This document shows positions 58,386-64,000 of a stretch of 64,000 nt of DNA, one piece after another (the stretch's first letter is position 1; the number at the start of each line of letters is the position of its first letter). Position numbers and translations under genes: made by a program. The notes beneath the pieces are model-generated. The model had not been told where the DNA came from. It did not search any database and saw only the letters and a list, made by a program, of their open reading frames with translations. The stretch covers positions 32,001 to 96,000 of the forward strand of contig CAVSLV010000003.1 in NCBI GenBank assembly GCA_963728915.1, written 5' to 3'. This DNA is from an uncultured Gemmatimonadales bacterium. GTDB lineage: Bacteria > Gemmatimonadota > Gemmatimonadetes > Gemmatimonadales > GWC2-71-9.

Positions 58386-60756
58386 TCCATGCGCGTCGAT
58401 GGTGTAGAGCGGGCCCATGAACACGTCGTCCTGAAGCCGGATCAGCACCTCGGGAGGTGCGTCGACCCGGACCGCTAGGGTCAGGAAGAAGGGATCGGCG
58501 GCGGCCAGGTTGATCGTGTAGCCGAAATCGGCCAGGGAGCGCACCGTGAGGAGGCTCAGCGGGTTCGGGCTGCCGATGTTGAGGAACCCCGTCATCAGCT
58601 CGTTCGCCAGCACCGACTCCCGCCAGTGCACGTTGATGTTCCCCGACGAATACATGTTCTCGACCGGGACCTTGTTGCCCTGGGTGTAGGTGCTGCCCCC
58701 GATCGCATCGAAGCCGGCGATGGCCCCGGCCCCGTTGTCATGGGTGTCGTTCGGAGGCCCCCCGACCGGAGAGGGCTGTTGCAGCAGGCCGAAGGTGCTC
58801 CAGAGACTGCCGATCCCGAGGACGTGGCCCATCTCGTGGAGAATGACGTTGGTGAGCTGGCCGCTGGCCTCGAGCATGTCGACGTCGGCCACGTCGAAGC
58901 GCATCAGGCCGATCACGGGAAGATTGCCGGGGATCCGGATGAAACAGGGGCCGGCGGAGCCCAGGATCTTGTTGGGCCCGTCGATCGGCTCGATGGTCGC
59001 GAAGATGAGCAGGTCGTCGATGGTCCGGTTGACGAGGGCCGGCGCATTGCTCCCGCAGAGTCCGGGGGAAAGGCTCACGTTGGCCAGGTCCGCGACGTCG
59101 CCGGTGACGATGCCGCCCCAGCGCGAAACGGCATTCGCGAACGCGGCTTCCTGGGGACCGGTGACGCAGCTCAGGTACTGGACGCTGATGTCATAACCCG
59201 GCCCGCGGGGCGAGAGGCCGGTCGCGACGAAACTGACCGGGTTCCCGGCGACTCCGGGAGCGGCGACGGTCGCGGTGAGGCAATTGACGCCGGGGCCGAG
59301 CACCCAGCTTCCCACCGTGGCGAGGCCCAGAGCATTGGTGACCACCGAGGCTTCGCTCAGCGTTCCCGTCCCGCGGGTGATCGCGAAATTCACGGTGACG
59401 CCGGATACGCCGACGCCGGAGAAGTCGCGCACCACCACCGCGGGACGATTCGCGGTGGCGGCGCCCGGGACCGCGGTTTCGAACTGGCCGGTGCTCAGGA
59501 CCACACTGCTCGCAACGCCCCCGGCGGTCGCGGTGGCGGTGAACTGGACCACGGCAAGCCCCGCGACCGTGGCGGTCAGGGTATTGGGACCGGAGCTCGG
59601 GCCGAGGACCCAGTTGCCGGCCTGGGCGACCCCGGCGGAGCCGGTGACCCCGATCGCCCCGATCAGGGTCCCGCCGCCGCCGGTAATCGCGAAGGTGACC
59701 GTGACCCCGGCGACCGGATTGCCGAACTGGTCTCCGACCCGCACCGCGGGCGCGACCGGCACCGAGGTTCCCGCCGGAGCGGTCTGGCCCTGCCCGGCCT
59801 GAATCGAGAGAGTCGCGGCGGGGCCGGCCCGGCCGGTGGCGGTGAAGAGCACCGGCATGGCCCCCGGAATGGAAGCCGAGAGCGTGTTAGGGCCGGCCAG
59901 TTGCCCCAGCACCCAGGAGCCGACCGCGGCGGTTCCGCCGGCGGTGCTCGTGGGAGTGCCGCCCTGCACCATGCCCTGCCCCGCGGTCACCGCGAAGCTG
60001 ACCAGCACGGCGGGGACCGGATTGCCGAACGGATCCCGGACCACCACCGCCGGCGCGATCGGCACCGGGGTCCCGACGATCGCTTCCTGTCCCTGTCCCA
60101 CGTCGACGATCAGCTGGGACGGGTTCCCGGGCTGGGCCGAGGCGGTGAACGTCACCCCCATGCCGTTGGCGAGCGCCGCAAGCACTTGATGCGCGGGCCC
60201 GGCGCTGGTCCCCAGGGTCCAGACGGTTGACGCAATGCCGTCGGCTCCGGTGGCCACGGAAGGCTGGGACACCGCCCCGGAGCCCTGGATCACCGAGAAG
60301 ATCACCGGGTATCCGGAAATCGGCGCACCGAGCCGATCCAGCACTCGCACCTCGAGCGGGGTGACCAGCGCCGCTCCTACCGCACCGGTTTGCAAATCGC
60401 CCGACAGTTTGACCGGGGCGACCGGCACTTGAGCCACCTCGATCGAGATGGTCGCCTGCACCGCGCCGGCCGTCACGGTGACGATCGCACTGCCGTTGCC
60501 GTGGGCGGTCAGGGTCGCGACGTTGCCGGATGGACTGATCGTGACACTGGCGGAGCTGGTGGACCAGGTCAAGGCTCGCGTCGAGGGATTGGCCCCGCTG
60601 GTCGAGCACCGTCGCGCTCACCTGCTGGGAGGCCCCGAGGGCATCGAAGGAAATGGCGGTGACCGACAGGGAGATCGAAGACGGGACCGGCGAGGGGGCC
60701 GAGGTGCATCCCAGGAAGAGCGCGGAGAAACAGCCCAGCAGCCAAACCCGTTTCAT
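58362..60756 (-). CDS. Ig-like repeat lipoprotein with C-terminal leishmanolysin-like (M8) zinc protease; frameshifted near 60570
   Basis: lipobox FLGC; repeated GQ.A..G.V...P.V.VRD.FGNPV.GV.V.F units; HEMGHVLGIG, HWRE, ELMTG. Confidence 0.82.
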
Positions 60757-60846
60757 CGGCCCCCATTCACTGGAAAAGGCATGCCGTCGCCGTCATGAGC
60801 GCGTCCGACGTCACCGGTAAGGTTATCATCAAAGAGAGCCTCGATC

Positions 60847-62022
60847 ATGTCGCTGCAAAGCCTGCATACTCTTTCAATTCTCCTGTTGAGCCTGTGCCCG
60901 GGCTGTGGAAACTCGAGCGGCATTCTCACCCCCCCGCCGCCACCGCCTGCCTCCGCGGACGTCCGCCTGTCGGAGGTGACCCACGAGGTCGGCTTCCCGG
61001 TGTTCGTGACGGCGCCTCCGGGCGATCAGCATCGCGTCTTCATCGTGGACAAGGGAGGCAGGATCCGCATCGTGAAGAACGGAGTCCTCCTCGCCGGGCC
61101 CTTCCTGGATATCAGCAACCGGGTGTCCGGCGGGGACGAGCAGGGGTTGCTCGGCCTTGCGTTCCATCCAAACTACGCCGGCAACGGCCGCTTCGTGGTG
61201 GACTATACCAACACCGCCGGCGATACCCGGGTCGCGGTCTTCCGGGTGAGCGCGAATCCGGATGTCGCCGACCCCGCGAGCGAGCAGGTGGTGCTATCGA
61301 TCCCGCAACCCTTCTCCAACCATAACGGCGGGATGGTGGTGTTCGGGCCGGACGGGAAGCTCTACATCGGCACCGGCGATGGGGGCTCCGGCGGCGACCC
61401 TCAGGGCAACGCGCAGAACCGGAACAGTCTCCTCGGCAAGCTGCTCCGGGTGAGTCTGGACGACAACGGACTGCTCTCCATCCCGCCGGACAATCCCTTC
61501 GTGGGGGAGCCCGGGGTGCGGGGCGAGATCTGGAGCTACGGGCTCCGGAACCCGTGGCGTTTCAGCTTCGACCGGTCCACCGGCGATCTCTACATCGCGG
61601 ACGTGGGACAGAGCACCCGAGAGGAGGTCGACATCGCGACCCCGGCGCTCAACCGCGGCAAAGGTCTCAATTTCGGCTGGAACGTCATGGAGGGAACCGC
61701 GTGTTATGACTCCTCCAGCTGCAATCGCACCGGGCTGACCCTGCCGGTCCTCGACTACACCCACGCCGACGGCTGCTCGATCACCGGCGGGTACGTGTAT
61801 CGGGGCGCGGCCCTGCCCGCCCTGGCCGGCCGCTATTTCTATTCCGACTGGTGCTCCGGCTGGGTCCGGAGCTTCCGGTTCAGCAACGGGACCGCCGCCG
61901 ATCCGCAGGACTGGCCGACCCTCCAGCCCGGGGGCGGGGTGGCCAGCTTCGGCGAGGACGGCCGGGGCGAGCTGTACCTGATGACCGGCTCCGCCGTGTA
62001 CCGGATCGTCCCCGCGTCCTAA
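60847..62022 (+). CDS. PQQ-dependent glucose/sorbosone dehydrogenase family protein
   Basis: EQGLLGLAFHP, NHNGG, FGPDG.LYI.TGDGG, GLRNPWR.SFD, ADVGQ. Confidence 0.92.
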   Translation: MSLQSLHTLSILLLSLCPGCGNSSGILTPPPPPPASADVRLSEVTHEVGFPVFVTAPPGDQHRVFIVDKGGRIRIVKNGVLLAGPFLDISNRVSGGDEQGLLGLAFHPNYAGNGRFVVDYTNTAGDTRVAVFRVSANPDVADPASEQVVLSIPQPFSNHNGGMVVFGPDGKLYIGTGDGGSGGDPQGNAQNRNSLLGKLLRVSLDDNGLLSIPPDNPFVGEPGVRGEIWSYGLRNPWRFSFDRSTGDLYIADVGQSTREEVDIATPALNRGKGLNFGWNVMEGTACYDSSSCNRTGLTLPVLDYTHADGCSITGGYVYRGAALPALAGRYFYSDWCSGWVRSFRFSNGTAADPQDWPTLQPGGGVASFGEDGRGELYLMTGSAVYRIVPAS

Positions 62023-62030
62023 CCCGCAAG

Positions 62031-62975
62031 GTGCCCCCACCCACCCCTCCCGCCGATCCCGACGCCCTGCGGCGTCTGGCCAGGGCGGTGCCGGCCGGGG
62101 TGCGGTTCGGCACGTCGTCGTGGAACTATCCCGGCTGGAAGGGGCTGGTCTACGGCGGGGAGTACCCCAGGAACGGGGCCGCGGCCGCGATGCTGGCCGA
62201 GTACGCCCGGTTCCCGCTCTTCGGAACGGTTGGGATCGACTCGAGCTTCTATGGCCCCCCCACTCCTGCGACCTACGCGCGCTATGCCAGGGCCCTCCCG
62301 CCCGGGTTTCCCTGCGTCGCCAAAGTGTGGGATCGCATCACGGTGCACACCTTTGCCAAAGCGCGAGAGCCCGCCCGCGCCGGCCAACCGAACCCCGAGT
62401 TCCTGAATCCGGCGCTGTTCCTGGACGAGGTGTGGGGACCGGCCCGGGAGCACTTCGGCGCCCACCAGGGGCCCCTGGTCTTCGAGTTTCAGGCGATCGC
62501 GCGGGAGGATCGGGTCAGCCCGGAAGGGTTCGCGGAGCGCCTGGACCGGTTCTTCGAGGCACTCCCCCGGGAAGGCCGCTACGCGGTGGAAGTCCGGAAC
62601 CCCGAGTTCCTGATCCCGGCGTATTTCGCGGTGCTCCGGGGGCACGATGTCGCCCACGTCTTCAATGCCTGGACCCGGATGCCGACCATGGGCGAGCAGC
62701 TCGACCTTCCCGGCTCGGTCACCGCCGGGTTCCTGGTGGCCCGGGCCCTGCTCCGGCCGGGCCGGGCCTACGCCGACGCGGTGGACGCCTTCGCGCCCTA
62801 CGACCGGGTGCGGGACCCTAACCCGGAGCTCCGCATCGACCTGGTCCGGCTGGCCCGGACCGCCGAGCGACTCCGGATCCCCGCCTATCTGCTGGTGAAC
62901 AATCGTGCCGAAGGAAGCGCGCCCTATACGATCATCGAGGTGGTGCGGATACTCGAGAAAGGGGCCGGGGGCTAG
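62031..62975 (+). CDS. DUF72 family protein
   Basis: FGTSSWNYPGWKG, IDSSFY, YAVEVRN, VNNRAEG.AP; GTG start inferred. Confidence 0.9.
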   Translation: MPPPTPPADPDALRRLARAVPAGVRFGTSSWNYPGWKGLVYGGEYPRNGAAAAMLAEYARFPLFGTVGIDSSFYGPPTPATYARYARALPPGFPCVAKVWDRITVHTFAKAREPARAGQPNPEFLNPALFLDEVWGPAREHFGAHQGPLVFEFQAIAREDRVSPEGFAERLDRFFEALPREGRYAVEVRNPEFLIPAYFAVLRGHDVAHVFNAWTRMPTMGEQLDLPGSVTAGFLVARALLRPGRAYADAVDAFAPYDRVRDPNPELRIDLVRLARTAERLRIPAYLLVNNRAEGSAPYTIIEVVRILEKGAGG

Positions 62976-62996
62976 GGGATAACTATTCCCCAGCCC

Positions 62997-63371
62997 CTAT
63001 TCTCTATTCGCTGTCCTTCGATGCGCCGCGCGCCGAAACCGGCGCCGGGAAGGCTTGCGGCTCCGGAGGGCCGCGGTGTGGGCGGTCTGGCCCAGCTCGA
63101 CCAGCTGAGCAAACTCCACCTGGTAGGGAATCTCCACCCATCCCTGGGAAGCGGTCAGGCGCTCGGAGAGAAAGGGCCGGGCCGCGCCGGTTTGCAGGGT
63201 AACGGTACGGACCGGCTCGGGGAGCCGGAGCACCAGCGCATTCACCCCCAGGACCGCGAACATGCGCTCGCCGGCAAAGAACGCATCGCTGCCGAACAGC
63301 TTTCTGGCCCGCACCCCGGGGAGGGTGCTCAGGGCGTCGCGGATCAGGGTGGGGCGGGCCGGGGGTACCAT
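62997..63371 (-). CDS. TfoX N-terminal domain-like protein
   Basis: ARKLFG..AFF...RMFA, LVLRL, WVEI. Confidence 0.65.
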   Translation of the reverse strand: MVPPARPTLIRDALSTLPGVRARKLFGSDAFFAGERMFAVLGVNALVLRLPEPVRTVTLQTGAARPFLSERLTASQGWVEIPYQVEFAQLVELGQTAHTAALRSRKPSRRRFRRAAHRRTANRE

Positions 63372-63404
63372 TCGAAAGATGGTACCGCTCGGAGGACCGC
63401 GGCG

Positions 63405-64000
63405 CTAGGTCAGGAGGGATTCCAGCTCGGGAGCCAACCCGAGCGCGGTACAGACCCTGGCGATCGTCTCGCCGATCTTGTTGTTCGGGGTCGAAGCGCC
63501 CGCGGTGATCCCGATGGTCCGCACCCCCTCGAGCCAGTCCGGCTCGGTCACTTCCTGCCGCTCCCCGATCGGCCGATGGCGCAGCGCTCCGCCGGGGAGC
63601 TCGACGCAGCTCGCGTCCTCGAGATGCCGGGTGCGCACCCCGCGGCTGGCGCAGAGCTTGGCGAGGTGGGTGGTGTTGCTCGAGTTGTATCCGCCGATCA
63701 CCATCATGAGATCGGGAGGCTCGGCCAGCAGCTGGAGCACCGCATCCTGCCGCTCCTGGGTCGCCGAGCAGATGGTATCGAAGCTGCGCACATGCTCGGC
63801 GGCGGCGGCTTCGCCGTAGCGGCGGATCATGCAGCGACGCACTTCCTCGGCGATGGCGAGCGACTCGCTGGAGAGCATGGTGGTCTGGTTGGCGAGGCCG
63901 ACCCGCATCAGGTCACGCCGGAAATCGAAGCCGGGAGACATCGCATCGGGAAACCGGGCCTCGAGCGGTCCGGGATCCGCCGATCCATCTTCCCGCTCGA
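63405..64000 (-). CDS. ispH: 4-hydroxy-3-methylbut-2-enyl diphosphate reductase (3' part; 5' end outside the window)
   Basis: ANQTTM, DTICSATQERQ, IGGYNSSNT, GITAGASTP. Confidence 0.95.
   Translation of the reverse strand, partial: EREDGSADPGPLEARFPDAMSPGFDFRRDLMRVGLANQTTMLSSESLAIAEEVRRCMIRRYGEAAAAEHVRSFDTICSATQERQDAVLQLLAEPPDLMMVIGGYNSSNTTHLAKLCASRGVRTRHLEDASCVELPGGALRHRPIGERQEVTEPDWLEGVRTIGITAGASTPNNKIGETIARVCTALGLAPELESLLT

Noticed and set aside
55158..58478. 1106-aa plus-strand ORF, and similar long ORFs at 8403-10256, 24142-26802, 27976-29514 and 58626-60230
   Set aside because: Antisense shadows of well-supported genes; no recognisable motifs; expected at this GC content.

Overview
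GC-rich bacterial chromosomal segment. Gene content and style suggest Gemmatimonadota, but this is an inference. I found no rRNA, tRNA, CRISPR array, integrase or transposase. Layout: (1) 0-8 kb, a run of small accessory genes (cyclase, crcB/DUF190, lspA paralogue, DinB, GNAT and others). (2) 8-24 kb, a phenylacetate catabolic cluster (paaZYJ / paaGHI / paaABCD) with no paaK or paaE. It carries a fused 2-oxoacid dehydrogenase E1 and an E2, and is interrupted by a copper-handling operon headed by a Cys/His-rich CruR/CutF-like leader ORF. (3) 24-44 kb, hydrolases, transporters, a secreted kinase-like protein divergent from a phosphoesterase, an NSS transporter with an unannotated 45-aa partner, and a MoxR/DUF58/RDD-SpoIIM cluster. 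(4) 43.8-46 kb, a compact operon of a membrane-anchored CxxC thioredoxin, two secreted six-Cys hairpin-type peptides and a beta-propeller; this is the best candidate for an undescribed system. (5) 48-55 kb, a mutagenesis cassette (unannotated Zn-ribbon microprotein, radical SAM, catalytically dead Y-family polymerase, dnaE2). It sits behind a sigma70 promoter overlapped by twin TTCG-N7-TTCG boxes, and its genes contain several in-frame 7/8/9-mer tandem-repeat insertions, most with inverted arms. (6) 55-64 kb, proteases, a PQQ dehydrogenase, DUF72 and a partial ispH. Three genes have single-base frameshifts that may be assembly errors. Family assignments come from motif recognition, not database searches.
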